From Escherichia coli (GTDB lineage: Bacteria; Pseudomonadota; Gammaproteobacteria; Enterobacterales; Enterobacteriaceae): DNA of 64,000 nucleotides. Made by a program: the position numbers and the translations under genes. The notes beneath the pieces are model-generated. The model was not told the origin of the DNA and searched no databases. It saw nothing but the letters and a program-made list of their open reading frames with translations. How positions within the stretch are numbered: position 1 is the stretch's first letter; every line of letters begins with the position of its first letter. The stretch lies in the NCBI RefSeq assembly GCF_001677475.2, contig NZ_CP015229.1, one strand, 5' to 3'. Below, in pieces: positions 45,621 to 59,814 of the stretch.

Positions 45621-46565
45621 ATGCACGCTTATCTTCACTGTCTTTCCCACTCGCCGCTGGTGGGATATGTCGACCCGGCGCAAGAGGTACTCGATGAGGT
45701 CAATGGCGTGATTGCCAGCGCCCGCGAGCGTATTGCGGCTTTCTCCCCTGAACTGGTGGTGCTGTTTGCGCCAGATCACTACAACGGCTTTTTCTATGAC
45801 GTGATGCCACCGTTCTGTTTAGGCGTTGGAGCGACGGCAATTGGTGATTTCGGCAGTGCGGCAGGAGAGCTGCCCGTGCCTGTGGAGCTGGCGGAGGCCT
45901 GTGCGCATGCTGTCATGAAGAGCGGGATCGATCTTGCCGTTTCTTACTGTATGCAGGTGGACCACGGGTTCGCCCAGCCGCTGGAGTTCCTGCTCGGCGG
46001 GCTGGATAAGGTGCCAGTACTGCCGGTGTTCATCAACGGTGTCGCCACGCCGCTGCCCGGTTTCCAGCGTACCCGCATGTTGGGGGAAGCCATTGGACGT
46101 TTCACCAGCACTCTCAATAAACGCGTGCTGTTCCTTGGGTCCGGTGGGCTTTCCCATCAGCCGCCGGTGCCAGAACTGGCGAAAGCCGATGCCCATATGC
46201 GCGACCGTCTATTGGGGAGCGGGAAAGATTTACCCGCCAGTGAGCGCGAATTGCGTCAGCAACGGGTGATTAGCGCCGCTGAGAAGTTTGTTGAGGATCA
46301 GAGAACGCTGCATCCGCTCAACCCGATTTGGGATAACCAGTTCATGACTTTGCTGGAGCAGGGACGCATACAGGAACTGGATGCCGTCAGTAACGAAGAG
46401 CTTTCTGCTATTGCCGGAAAGTCGACACATGAAATCAAAACCTGGGTCGCCGCTTTTGCCGCTATTTCTGCGTTTGGCAACTGGCGTAGCGAAGGGCGTT
46501 ATTACCGCCCAATCCCGGAGTGGATTGCCGGATTTGGCTCGTTAAGCGCCAGAACAGAGAACTGA
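45621..46565 (+). CDS. mhpB: 3-(2,3-dihydroxyphenyl)propionate extradiol dioxygenase
   Basis: 314 aa [19 protein letters not shown]. Confidence 0.95.
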
Positions 46566-46582
46566 ATATGCAGGAGAAGATG

Positions 46583-47449
46583 ATGAGTTATCAGCCACAA
46601 ACCGAAGCCGCCACCAGCCGTTTTCTGAATGTAGAAGAAGCGGGTAAAACGCTGCGCATCCATTTTAATGACTGCGGACAAGGCGACGAAACTGTTGTCC
46701 TGCTGCATGGTTCCGGCCCGGGTGCTACTGGCTGGGCGAACTTCAGCCGCAATATCGATCCGCTGGTAGAGGCGGGCTATCGGGTGATCCTGCTGGATTG
46801 TCCGGGTTGGGGTAAGAGCGATTCGATCGTTAATAGTGGTTCGCGATCGGATCTTAATGCGCGAATCCTGAAAAGCGTGGTGGATCAACTGGATATCGCC
46901 AAAATCCACCTGCTGGGCAACTCGATGGGCGGCCATAGTTCTGTGGCGTTCACCCTTAACTGGCCGGAGCGCGTCGGCAAACTGGTGCTGATGGGCGGCG
47001 GTACGGGCGGCATGAGTTTGTTTACGCCGATGCCAACCGAAGGTATTAAGCGACTGAATCAGCTTTATCGTCAGCCTACTATCGAAAACCTGAAGCTGAT
47101 GATGGATATCTTCGTTTTTGATACCAGCGATTTGACCGACACCCTGTTTGAAGCGCGCCTGAATAATATGCTGTCGCGCCGCGATCACCTGGAAAACTTC
47201 GTTAAGAGCCTGGAAGCTAATCCGAAACAGTTCCCGGATTTTGGCCCACGTCTGGCGGAAATCAAAGCGCAAACCCTGATTGTCTGGGGACGCAACGACC
47301 GCTTTGTGCCGATGGATGCGGGTCTGCGTCTGCTGTCCGGCATTGCCGGTTCTGAACTGCATATCTTCCGCGACTGTGGTCACTGGGCGCAGTGGGAACA
47401 TGCCGACGCTTTCAATCAACTGGTGCTGAATTTCCTCGTACGTGCTTAA
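46583..47449 (+). CDS. mhpC: 2-hydroxy-6-ketonona-2,4-dienedioate hydrolase (alpha/beta hydrolase; upstream in-frame ATGs exist)
   Basis: [19 protein letters not shown]..., GNSMGG nucleophile elbow. Confidence 0.93.
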   Translation: MSYQPQTEAATSRFLNVEEAGKTLRIHFNDCGQGDETVVLLHGSGPGATGWANFSRNIDPLVEAGYRVILLDCPGWGKSDSIVNSGSRSDLNARILKSVVDQLDIAKIHLLGNSMGGHSSVAFTLNWPERVGKLVLMGGGTGGMSLFTPMPTEGIKRLNQLYRQPTIENLKLMMDIFVFDTSDLTDTLFEARLNNMLSRRDHLENFVKSLEANPKQFPDFGPRLAEIKAQTLIVWGRNDRFVPMDAGLRLLSGIAGSELHIFRDCGHWAQWEHADAFNQLVLNFLVRA

Positions 47450-49211
<1,762 letters not shown>

Positions 49212-49215
<4 letters not shown>

Positions 49216-50225
49216 ACGGTAAAAAACTTTATATCTCGGACGTCACGTTGCGTGACGGTATGCACGCCATTCGTCATCAGTATTCGCTGGAAAACGTTCG
49301 CCAGATTGCCAAAGCACTGGACGATGCCCGCGTGGATTCGATTGAAGTGGCCCATGGCGACGGTTTGCAGGGGTCCAGCTTTAACTATGGTTTCGGCGCA
49401 CATAGCGACCTTGAATGGATTGAAGCAGCGGCGGATGTGGTGAAGCACGCCAAAATCGCGACGTTGTTGCTGCCAGGAATCGGCACTATTCACGATCTGA
49501 AAAATGCCTGGCAGGCTGGCGCGCGGGTGGTTCGTGTGGCAACACACTGTACCGAAGCTGATGTTTCCGCCCAGCATATTCAGTATGCCCGCGAGCTCGG
49601 AATGGACACCGTTGGTTTTCTGATGATGAGCCATATGACCACGCCGGAGAATCTCGCAAAGCAGGCAAAGCTGATGGAAGGCTACGGTGCGACCTGTATT
49701 TATGTGGTGGATTCTGGCGGTGCGATGAACATGAGCGATATCCGTGACCGTTTCCGCGCCCTGAAAGCAGTGCTGAAACCAGAAACGCAAACCGGCATGC
49801 ACGCTCACCATAACCTAAGTCTTGGCGTGGCGAACTCTATCGCGGCGGTGGAAGAGGGCTGCGACCGAATCGACGCCAGTCTTGCGGGAATGGGCGCGGG
49901 TGCAGGTAACGCGCCGCTGGAAGTATTTATTGCCGCCGCGGATAAACTGGGCTGGCAGCATGGGACCGATCTCTATGCGTTAATGGATGCCGCTGACGAC
50001 CTGGTGCGTCCGTTGCAGGATCGTCCGGTACGAGTCGATCGCGAAACGCTGGCGCTGGGATACGCTGGTGTTTACTCCAGCTTCCTGCGTCACTGTGAAA
50101 CGGCGGCGGCGCGTTATGGCTTAAGTGCGGTGGATATTCTCGTTGAGCTGGGCAAACGCCGGATGGTCGGCGGCCAGGAGGATATGATCGTCGACGTGGC
50201 GCTGGATCTGCGCAACAACAAATAA
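49212..50225 (+). CDS. mhpE: 4-hydroxy-2-oxovalerate aldolase
   Basis: 337 aa [24 protein letters not shown]. Confidence 0.95.
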
Positions 50226-50229
50226 TATT

Positions 50230-50440
50230 GACTGCCGAGAACGTGCATTTTGTATGCCCATCCCAGCACGACTGCCGGATGCGGCGTAAACACCTTATCC
50301 GGCCTACGGGTGGCGTGAGAATTTGTAGGCCTGATAAGACGCGTTAGCGTCGCATCAGGCATCTGCACACGACTGCCGGATGCGGTAAACGTCTTGTCCG
50401 GCCTACATTTCGCCCGTAGGTAGTCATTAAATAGTTCTGA
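50230..50440. repeat. REP/BIME elements between mhpE and mhpT
   Basis: Repeated GCCGGATGCGGCG / GTAGGCCTGATAAGACGCG palindromic units. Confidence 0.8.
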
Positions 50441-50499
50441 TTACGCGGCTGGCAATGTATCAGTCGCGATTCACCTGCACTCGCAATGAGGTTCATCTT

Positions 50500-51711
50500 A
50501 TGTCGACTCGTACCCCTTCATCATCTTCATCCCGCCTGATGCTGACTATCGGGCTTTGTTTTTTGGTCGCTCTGATGGAAGGGCTGGATCTTCAGGCGGC
50601 TGGCATTGCGGCGGGTGGCATCGCCCAGGCTTTCGCACTCGATAAAATGCAAATGGGCTGGATATTCAGCGCCGGAATACTCGGTTTGCTACCCGGCGCG
50701 TTGGTTGGCGGAATGCTGGCGGACCGTTATGGTCGCAAGCGCATTTTGATTGGCTCAGTTGCGCTGTTTGGTTTGTTCTCACTGGCAACGGCGATTGCCT
50801 GGGATTTTCCCTCGCTGGTCTTTGCGCGGCTGATGACCGGTGTCGGGCTGGGGGCGGCGTTGCCGAATCTGATCGCCCTGACGTCTGAAGCCGCGGGGCC
50901 ACGTTTTCGTGGGACTGCAGTGAGCCTGATGTATTGCGGTGTCCCCATTGGCGCAGCGCTGGCGGCGACGCTGGGTTTCGCGGGGGCAAACTTAGCCTGG
51001 CAAACGGTGTTTTGGGTAGGTGGTGTGGTGCCGTTGATTCTGGTGCCGCTATTAATGCGCTGGCTGCCGGAGTCGGCGGTTTTCGCTGGCGAAAAACAGG
51101 CTGCGCCACCACTGCGTGCGTTATTTGCGCCAGAAACGGCAACCGCGACGCTGCTGCTGTGGTTGTGTTATTTCTTCACTCTGCTGGTGGTCTACATGTT
51201 GATCAACTGGCTGCCGCTGCTTTTAGTGGAGCAAGGATTCCAGCCATCGCAGGCGGCAGGGGTGATGTTTGCCCTGCAAATGGGTGCGGCAAGCGGGACG
51301 TTAATGTTGGGTGCATTGATGGATAAGCTGCGTCCAGTAACCATGTCGCTACTGATTTATAGTGGCATGTTAGCTTCGCTGCTGGCGCTGGGAACGATGT
51401 CGTCATTTAACGGTATGTTGCTGGCGGGATTCGTCGCGGGGTTGTTTGCGACAGGTGGGCAAAGCGTTTTGTATGCCCTGGCACCGTTGTTTTACAGTTC
51501 GCAGATCCGCGCAACAGGTGTGGGAACAGCCGTGGCGGTAGGACGTCTGGGGGCTATGAGCGGTCCGTTACTGGCCGGGAAAATGCTGGCATTAGGCACT
51601 GGCACGGTTGGCGTAATGGCCGCTTCTGCACCGGGTATTCTTGTTGCTGGGGTGGCGGTGTTTATTTTGATGAGTCGGAGATCAAGAATGCAGCCGTGTG
51701 CCGATGCCTGA
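50500..51711 (+). CDS. mhpT: 3-hydroxyphenylpropionate MFS transporter
   Basis: MSTRTPSSSSSRLMLTIGLCFLVALMEG..., polytopic. Confidence 0.93.
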   Translation: MSTRTPSSSSSRLMLTIGLCFLVALMEGLDLQAAGIAAGGIAQAFALDKMQMGWIFSAGILGLLPGALVGGMLADRYGRKRILIGSVALFGLFSLATAIAWDFPSLVFARLMTGVGLGAALPNLIALTSEAAGPRFRGTAVSLMYCGVPIGAALAATLGFAGANLAWQTVFWVGGVVPLILVPLLMRWLPESAVFAGEKQAAPPLRALFAPETATATLLLWLCYFFTLLVVYMLINWLPLLLVEQGFQPSQAAGVMFALQMGAASGTLMLGALMDKLRPVTMSLLIYSGMLASLLALGTMSSFNGMLLAGFVAGLFATGGQSVLYALAPLFYSSQIRATGVGTAVAVGRLGAMSGPLLAGKMLALGTGTVGVMAASAPGILVAGVAVFILMSRRSRMQPCADA

Positions 51712-51812
51712 CGCGCCTTATTAAGCAGGGGCGAAAGGGACTTGCCCCCAATACACCCACGGCGTTTACAGGTATACTCGCTAAAAATTATTCAGCGGGT
51801 TTGGAAACAAAG

Positions 51813-52352
51813 ATGGCAAAACTTACCTTACAAGAGCAGTTGCTCAAAGCAGGATTAGTCACCAGCAAAAAAGCGGCGAAGGTCGAGAGAACGGCGAAAA
51901 AATCGCGCGTTCAGGCGCGTGAAGCTCGGGCAGCGGTAGAAGAAAATAAAAAGGCCCAGCTTGAGCGTGATAAACAGCTTAGCGAGCAACAAAAACAAGC
52001 GGCGTTGGCGAAAGAATATAAAGCGCAGGTGAAGCAGCTTATTGAAATGAACCGGATCACCATTGCCAATGGCGATATTGGTTTTAACTTCACTGACGGC
52101 AATCTGATTAAGAAGATTTTTGTCGATAAGCTCACACAGGCGCAGTTGATTAATGGTCGTCTGGCGATTGCCCGCTTGTTGGTCGATAACAATAGCGAAG
52201 GTGAATACGCCATTATTCCCGCCAGCGTTGCCGATAAAATTGCTCAGCGTGATGCCAGCAGTATAGTGTTGCACAGCGCGCTCAGCGTCGAAGAGCAGGA
52301 TGAAGACGACCCGTATGCCGACTTCAAAGTGCCTGATGATTTGATGTGGTAA
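51813..52352 (+). CDS. yaiL: DUF2058-family protein YaiL
   Basis: MAKLTLQEQLLKAGLVTSKKAAKVERTAKKS. Confidence 0.9.
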   Translation: MAKLTLQEQLLKAGLVTSKKAAKVERTAKKSRVQAREARAAVEENKKAQLERDKQLSEQQKQAALAKEYKAQVKQLIEMNRITIANGDIGFNFTDGNLIKKIFVDKLTQAQLINGRLAIARLLVDNNSEGEYAIIPASVADKIAQRDASSIVLHSALSVEEQDEDDPYADFKVPDDLMW

Positions 52353-52359
52353 ACATAGA

Positions 52360-52470
52360 TAAGTCGTGCGCAGATGCCTGATGCGACGCTATGCGCGTCT
52401 TATCATGCCTACGGCCTGCGGGCGAAATGTAGGCCGGAGAAGGCGTTTACGCCGCATCCGGCAGTCGTGC
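52360..52470. repeat. REP elements between yaiL and frmB
   Basis: TGCCTGATGCGACGC...GTAGGCCGGAGAAGGCG palindromic units. Confidence 0.8.
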
Positions 52471-52474
52471 ACTA

Positions 52475-53311
52475 TTACCAACGCATATTCAGTTTATTGG
52501 CGTGGTAGGCAATATGCTCGCCAATAAGACTGGAGACAAAATAATAGCTGTGATCATAACCCTCGTGATAACGGATTAACGTCTTGATATTCATCTCCTG
52601 GCAGATCTTTTCAAGATTTTGAGTCCGCAGCTGTTCCGCGTAAAAATCATCATTCAATCCCTGATCAACCATGATTTCCGCAACGCGTTGACCTTGTGAA
52701 ATAAGGCTCATCGGATCGTAATCCAACCAGGCATCTTTATTTTCACCAAGATATGCGGCAAAGGCTTGCTGTCCCCACGGTACTTGCGATGGGGAGACAA
52801 TGGGCGAAAACGCCGAGACGCTGACATATTCATCTGGGTTACGTAACGCCAGCACCAGCGCGCCCAGTCCGCCCATAGAATGACCTGAGATAGACTTTCT
52901 GGCCGTTGCCGGAAAATGATGCATCACTAAATCCGGCAGCTCGTTGCGGATATAGTCATACATTTTGTAATTTTCATTCCACGGCGCTTGCGTTGCGTTC
53001 AGGTAAAACCCGGCACCTTGCCCGAGATCGTAACGGTCAGCATCTGCGACATGACTGCCTCGCGGACTGGTGTCCGGCGCAACAACAATAATGTTGTGCT
53101 CAGCCGCGTAACGCTGCATCCCCGATTTAGTAATGAAATTCTGCTCGTTGCAGGTCAGGCCTGAAAGCCAGTACAGCACCGGCAATTTTTCATTCGCGGC
53201 TTTTGGTGGGAGATAGACGCCGACATTCATTTCACATTTCAGTGATTGGGAATAATGCCGATACACATTTTGCCAGCCGCCAAAGCTGGCATGTTTTTCA
53301 ATGAGTTCCAT
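52475..53311 (-). CDS. frmB: S-formylglutathione hydrolase
   Basis: 278 aa MELIEKHASFGGWQNVYRHYS, esterase GHSMGG motif. Confidence 0.95.
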   Translation of the reverse strand: MELIEKHASFGGWQNVYRHYSQSLKCEMNVGVYLPPKAANEKLPVLYWLSGLTCNEQNFITKSGMQRYAAEHNIIVVAPDTSPRGSHVADADRYDLGQGAGFYLNATQAPWNENYKMYDYIRNELPDLVMHHFPATARKSISGHSMGGLGALVLALRNPDEYVSVSAFSPIVSPSQVPWGQQAFAAYLGENKDAWLDYDPMSLISQGQRVAEIMVDQGLNDDFYAEQLRTQNLEKICQEMNIKTLIRYHEGYDHSYYFVSSLIGEHIAYHANKLNMRW

Positions 53312-53404
53312 CAGTCATTATCTCACGGTTAATCCCCCGGGCGGCTGCCCGGGGAGAGTATTAAGAACCCCGCCTGAACTGGACGGGGTAAAACCTGCGG
53401 GAAA

Positions 53405-54544
<1,140 letters not shown>

Positions 54545-54548
54545 TCAG

Positions 54549-54824
54549 CTATTTAAGATAGGCTCGAACCAGTTCAATAGTGTCGTCAACGGATTGGCTG
54601 ACTTCGCGGCTGTAGCAGTCATTTCGGTCAAACGTTTCCCGGATATGGCTTTCAAGCACTTCTGCCATCAGCCCGTTAGCCGCGCCCCGAACGGCAGCGA
54701 TCTGTTGGAGTATGGCACGGCATTCGGCATCACCCTCCAGCGACCGTTCCAGAGCATCAATCTGCCCCCGAATACGACGAACTCGAGTAAGGACCTTTTT
54801 CTTCTCTTCCGGAGTACTGGGCAT
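54549..54824 (-). CDS. frmR: Formaldehyde-responsive repressor (CsoR/RcnR family)
   Basis: [31 protein letters not shown]. Confidence 0.93.
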
Positions 54825-55012
54825 TTCGCACCTCATCATCTGTATGCAATATACTATAGGGGGGTATGCTATATGTCAATCCATACCCCTGTATAGTATA
54901 TAACACTGGAGAATAAAATTTATCCGGTGAATGTGGTCGGAAAACAAAGAGGAAAGGGGGTGGGGGCTAATCGGCAGGGAAGGCCGCCCCGGATAGCGGG
55001 CGGCAGAAGGAA

Positions 55013-55786
55013 TCAGAATTTCCAGGTCAGATGGGCTGCAAGTTGCAGACCGTTATAATCATCGGTTGGGGTGTCGTACCACACTTTACCTGCCGTCAGC
55101 CCGAGATTAAGTTGCTCAGTCAGCGGTTGAATACGTTGCAGACTGACGCTCTTCATGCTGCCGTAGCGTGTTTCTGGCGTCCAGTCATAGGTATAAGCGC
55201 CTGTTCCGCGGCTTAGCCATAGTTGCGTATAACCAATGCCGCGCGGGTCATTCAGACGCACGGAAATCATATTGCTATAACTACCACCTGCATCGCTGGA
55301 GTCATAATGGGTATAGCGGTAGCTGGTGATCACCGGGCCAGTATAGAGTGATACGCCGCCTTGCCAGGCATCGACTTCGACATCATCGTAATATTTAGTG
55401 TAGCGATAACCGGTCGTGAAAAGCGTTTTTGGTAACAGGGCCAGGTTAATATCCTGACGAAAATCCTGGCGGGCAAAGACCGGCGTATTATCCGCAAAGG
55501 CAATACCCGTTCGGGTTGTCAGCCAGTTATTCCATTTATACCAGACCGCACCCTGACCGCGAGTGGCATTGAAATGTTCAGTTTCATAATCACGACGCCC
55601 CTGGGAAAGATTAAAAAGCAGCGTTGCGTTATCAACTTTCGCCACCAGTTCAGCATACGCTAAATTACGGTTGCCATGATCGCCAGAATAATCGGTAAAA
55701 TCGTAGCCCGCGGTAATGGAAGTTAACCCGGCATAAGCGGGCAATGCGCTAAAAATGGCCGCCGCTAATAACGTCCGTTTTATCAT
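55013..55786 (-). CDS. yaiO: Outer-membrane protein YaiO
   Basis: 257 aa with signal peptide and C-terminal aromatic residue (WKF). Confidence 0.9.
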   Translation of the reverse strand: MIKRTLLAAAIFSALPAYAGLTSITAGYDFTDYSGDHGNRNLAYAELVAKVDNATLLFNLSQGRRDYETEHFNATRGQGAVWYKWNNWLTTRTGIAFADNTPVFARQDFRQDINLALLPKTLFTTGYRYTKYYDDVEVDAWQGGVSLYTGPVITSYRYTHYDSSDAGGSYSNMISVRLNDPRGIGYTQLWLSRGTGAYTYDWTPETRYGSMKSVSLQRIQPLTEQLNLGLTAGKVWYDTPTDDYNGLQLAAHLTWKF

Positions 55787-55787
55787 T

Positions 55788-56498
55788 TTAATCTCCTGTA
55801 CGGATAATTTCTTGTCGGAGTGAATAAGTTCCGGTAGGTAAATTACGTTCTACAATCACGCGCGGGCCAAGTTGCGTGTTCGGGGAAATAATTCGCCCAG
55901 GCAAAATAATAACTTGTACGCCAAGGCGTGAACGCTGCCCGATATAACAACCTAATTTATCGCATCCGGTAGCGAAAATTCCCTCTGGAGTTCGAACAGA
56001 CACGGGCTGTTCATCCAGACGATGATTACTGGTACGTACTTGTGCGCCTAAATATGCCTGGTTTTCAACTACCGAGTCGGCAATAAAACATTGCGGACCA
56101 ATCGTTGCTTCCGCTTCAATAACCGCATTTTTAATCTCGGTGGCAAAACCAATTTTTACGCCATTACTGATTATTGTGCCAGGACGAATAAACGCATAAT
56201 TACCTATCAGGCAGTTTGCGCCAATCACTACCGGACCCTGAATAACGGCACCATGACAAATACGGGTATTCGCGCCGATAACAACTTCACCTGCAGTTTC
56301 ATCAATAATTACCTGGTCTGCAATCTGAATATTTTTCTCTTTAACATTAAGCTTCAGATAGTTTTTCAGTTCCTGTGACAGAAGGTTGGGAATAAGCGGT
56401 TGACGCTTCCACCAGTGCGGAATAGCGGGTGGGTTTGTCGCGCTGAGGTTCGCGTCCAGTAAAAAAGGCAATAAGTCCATAAATAATCCAGATGGCAT
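55788..56498 (-). CDS. yaiX: Hexapeptide-repeat acyltransferase YaiX, uninterrupted here (start uncertain)
   Basis: Left-handed beta-helix repeats; continuous ORF (interrupted by IS2 in K-12, as recalled). Confidence 0.8.
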   Translation of the reverse strand: MPSGLFMDLLPFLLDANLSATNPPAIPHWWKRQPLIPNLLSQELKNYLKLNVKEKNIQIADQVIIDETAGEVVIGANTRICHGAVIQGPVVIGANCLIGNYAFIRPGTIISNGVKIGFATEIKNAVIEAEATIGPQCFIADSVVENQAYLGAQVRTSNHRLDEQPVSVRTPEGIFATGCDKLGCYIGQRSRLGVQVIILPGRIISPNTQLGPRVIVERNLPTGTYSLRQEIIRTGD

Positions 56499-57543
56499 AA
56501 GCTAATAATACATACACAACGGAAAGCGGCGCTAAAGGCACCAACAACCAGCAACGATGAAACCAGGCGCTAAAAGCACCAATAACACAAACTACGCCGA
56601 CCCAGATAAGCGGAAACATTGCCAACACCACACCATGCGGCCCGGTGGTGATGAATTCATTAAACCAGGTAGTGAGATAAATCCCAACGCCATAAAGCAC
56701 AACCAACAGCATAGGAAATATACTGAAGATACCAAAGCGGCTAAATAAAAGTCTTTTATGCAGGCGCATACAGACCGCGTAGCCCACAATCCAACGCCGC
56801 CAGCGACGCCACTCCTCACGCGGGCTGTTGCATTCCTGTGGGTATACGATGCAGCGATTCGCCTGCCGAATACGGTAGCCGTTTGCCACTAATGTCCAGG
56901 TGAGATCAAGGTCTTCGACTTTAGTACGATCCGAGAAACCGAACTTACGCAATACATCAGTACGGAACATCCCGCAGGCACCGCTGATGATAAACGGTGC
57001 GCCGCCCAGGAGCTGCTGTAGCGTGCGCTTCATAACAATCATCGGCAACTTTACGGTCGCGCGGATGTGCGGTAACAGCCCCGCGCCTTTCAACGCAGTA
57101 GAGGGAATGCCGCCTACGGCATCAGCACCGCGCTCAATTTCTGCCAGCATATAGCCCATTCCGTCTTGATCGGGCGGAACATAGGTGTCGGCATCACTTA
57201 AAAAAACCTGGTCGCAGGTGGCGTAATTGAGGCCATTCATCAGCGCACCACCTTTACCGGTATTTTTTTGCGTGACGGCAACAAAGCGGTCGCCCCATTT
57301 GCGTTTGACTTTCGCCATGACCGCTTCGGTATTGTCCGTGGAGCCGTCGTTAACGCAAATTACCCGGCAAAAATAAGGGTTACGCAGTAGATTATCCAGT
57401 GACTGCGCCAGACACGGGCCTTCGTTATACGCAGGTATAATGGCGTCAATACAGCCTTTGTTTTGACTGGGTTTACGTCTTAGCGTACTTAAAAACCATA
57501 GCAACATTGCTATGGACATACAGATAAATATCCAGGTTTTCAT
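56347..57543 (-). CDS. yaiP: Family-2 glycosyltransferase YaiP (start uncertain)
   Basis: 398 aa with DxD-type GT2 signature and C-terminal TM helices. Confidence 0.88.
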   Translation of the reverse strand: MKTWIFICMSIAMLLWFLSTLRRKPSQNKGCIDAIIPAYNEGPCLAQSLDNLLRNPYFCRVICVNDGSTDNTEAVMAKVKRKWGDRFVAVTQKNTGKGGALMNGLNYATCDQVFLSDADTYVPPDQDGMGYMLAEIERGADAVGGIPSTALKGAGLLPHIRATVKLPMIVMKRTLQQLLGGAPFIISGACGMFRTDVLRKFGFSDRTKVEDLDLTWTLVANGYRIRQANRCIVYPQECNSPREEWRRWRRWIVGYAVCMRLHKRLLFSRFGIFSIFPMLLVVLYGVGIYLTTWFNEFITTGPHGVVLAMFPLIWVGVVCVIGAFSAWFHRCWLLVPLAPLSVVYVLLAYAIWIIYGLIAFFTGREPQRDKPTRYSALVEASTAYSQPSVTGTEKLSEA

Positions 57544-57552
57544 GCAATTTGC

Positions 57553-58224
57553 TCAAAGAATCATTTTATGAATTACAAAGCCTTCACCCAGATCGCTATT
57601 GACCTGTTGCCCGCGAAATTGTGCAACTGCACGCAGGCGATCATGACGCATATAATCACGTCGTTCCTGGCTTTTATGTTTTTTTAATGCAGCAAGTTTG
57701 ACTGTGAAATATTCTTCTTTAACGGATTCAAAAACCTGAGGCATAAATGAAAGCCAGGTACTTGGGGTTTCGTAGCCGAGAATTTGTGGAATAGTGCGGC
57801 AGGCAACCATTGAAGCTTGATAAACAGCGAGATGATCCTGATGGCGGTCGGCATCATGCATGGTATATACCCGCATGATTTCAACATCAGAAGGAATTTG
57901 ATTTTTAATGATGTCTTCCAGGGCGGAAATCATATCATTGAGCTGTAAATGCGCGCGGGTGTCAGCAAAATTAAGATGAATAGTTTGGTGGCACCCTAAT
58001 ATCTTTAGGGCGTTGCGAGATTCTTCATGGCGATCGATTATTCCATCTGTGCCAGAGTTGCCGGTAGTCATCACCACGGCTGCGATATAAATTCCTTTTT
58101 GCGCAAGACGAGCAAGCGATGCGCCACAGCCTAATTCTATATCGTCAGGATGTGCGCCAATAGCAAGGATACCCTTTCTTTTATTTGCCGAAGAAAGGAG
58201 GGCTGAATCTAAAACTTTATCCAC
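57553..58224 (-). CDS. yaiS: PIG-L/LmbE-family deacetylase YaiS (start uncertain)
   Basis: HPDDIELG motif. Confidence 0.88.
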   Translation of the reverse strand: MDKVLDSALLSSANKRKGILAIGAHPDDIELGCGASLARLAQKGIYIAAVVMTTGNSGTDGIIDRHEESRNALKILGCHQTIHLNFADTRAHLQLNDMISALEDIIKNQIPSDVEIMRVYTMHDADRHQDHLAVYQASMVACRTIPQILGYETPSTWLSFMPQVFESVKEEYFTVKLAALKKHKSQERRDYMRHDRLRAVAQFRGQQVNSDLGEGFVIHKMIL

Positions 58225-58839
58225 TTAATGACACTCCATTTTATTTATTATACTACAAGCACAACGATGCACTCAGAGACGTAATCTCTGGCGCAGTCAG
58301 ATGCTAATTTATAAGTGTTAAATGTTGCTCATAACTGAAAAGCCAGGGCTTTCAGACCCGGGGGTTCGACTGGGTAATGTTTTTATGCAATTCATATGTT
58401 AAGTGTTTGTATGTTTGGTATGTATAGTTATTTTGTTTTATACATTGTATTTAGATGTGATTTAGTTTGTCAATTAATTGCATTTAAAAAATATGTTCTG
58501 TGAACAAGCATTGTTTATATACATTATGTGAATGTAATATGCGGGTGATTGAGAATGATACAGTGACATATGTAATGCGAATATAATAATTTTATTATAT
58601 GTATTGATATTGATAGAAATAGTGAAGTAATAAATCTCATAATATGGTTGTTTATGCATCACTAGAATGAAGCATAGTAATTTTCTCAATTGTTAGGGCA
58701 GGGTAATTGCATATTTAATCTTTCCTTTGCCACTTTTTCGCTAAGAATAAAATCATCTGTGCGATAACAACTAATTCTTTTAATGAATGTTTTTATTCCT
58801 GAATACTGCTCCCATAACAAGACAGGGGAGCAGACAATC

Positions 58840-59802
58840 ATGGCAATTTCTTCGCGTAACACACTTCTTGCCGCACTGGCATTCATCGCTTTTCAGGCAC
58901 AGGCGGTGAACGTCACTGTGGCGTATCAAACTTCAGCCGAACCGGCGAAAGTGGCTCAGGCCGACAACACCTTTGCTAAAGAGAGCGGGGCGAGCGTTGA
59001 CTGGCGTAAGTTTGACAGCGGAGCCAGCATCGTGCGGGCGCTGGCTTCTGGCGACGTGCAAATCGGCAACCTCGGTTCCAGCCCGTTAGCGGTTGCAGCC
59101 AGCCAACAGGTGCCGATTGAAGTCTTCTTGCTGGCGTCAAAACTGGGTAACTCCGAAGCGCTGGTGGTGAAGAAAACTATCAGCAAACCGGAAGATCTGA
59201 TTGGCAAGCGCATCGCCGTACCGTTTATCTCCACCACCCACTACAGCCTGCTGGCGGCGCTGAAACACTGGGGTATTAAACCCGGGCAAGTGGAGATTGT
59301 GAACCTGCAGCCGCCCGCGATTATCGCTGCATGGCAGCGGGGAGACATTGATGGTGCTTATGTCTGGGCACCGGCGGTTAACGCCCTGGAAAAAGACGGC
59401 AAGGTGCTGACCGATTCTGAACAGGTCGGGCAGTGGGGCGCGCCGACACTGGACGTCTGGGTGGTGCGCAAAGATTTTGCCGAGAAACATCCAGAGGTCG
59501 TGAAAGCGTTCGCCAAAAGCGCGATCGATGCTCAGCAACCGTACATTGCTAACCCAGACGCGTGGCTGAAACAGCCTGAAAACATCAGCAAACTGGCGCG
59601 GTTAAGCGGCGTGCCTGAAGGTGACGTTCCGGGGCTGGTGAAGGGGAATACCTATCTGACGCCGCAGCAGCAAACGGCAGAACTGACCGGACCGGTGAAC
59701 AAAGCGATCATCGACACCGCGCAGTTTTTGAAAGAGCAGGGCAAAGTCCCGGCTGTAGCGAACGATTACAGCCAGTACGTTACCTCGCGCTTCGTGCAAT
59801 AA
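58840..59802 (+). CDS. tauA: Taurine ABC transporter periplasmic binding protein
   Basis: MAISSRNTLLAALAFIAFQAQA signal peptide. Confidence 0.95.
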   Translation: MAISSRNTLLAALAFIAFQAQAVNVTVAYQTSAEPAKVAQADNTFAKESGASVDWRKFDSGASIVRALASGDVQIGNLGSSPLAVAASQQVPIEVFLLASKLGNSEALVVKKTISKPEDLIGKRIAVPFISTTHYSLLAALKHWGIKPGQVEIVNLQPPAIIAAWQRGDIDGAYVWAPAVNALEKDGKVLTDSEQVGQWGAPTLDVWVVRKDFAEKHPEVVKAFAKSAIDAQQPYIANPDAWLKQPENISKLARLSGVPEGDVPGLVKGNTYLTPQQQTAELTGPVNKAIIDTAQFLKEQGKVPAVANDYSQYVTSRFVQ

Positions 59803-59814
59803 AAGGAGGCGCAG

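Noticed and set aside
50666-51406. Antisense and alternative-frame ORFs within mhpT
   Set aside because: Inside a recognised transporter gene; GC-rich frame artefacts.
58225-58839. AT-rich ORF-poor region upstream of tauA considered as horizontally acquired or small-RNA locus
   Set aside because: Sits where the native yaiS-tauA intergenic/promoter region is expected; no repeats or mobile-element signatures seen, and short ORFs there are low-complexity.
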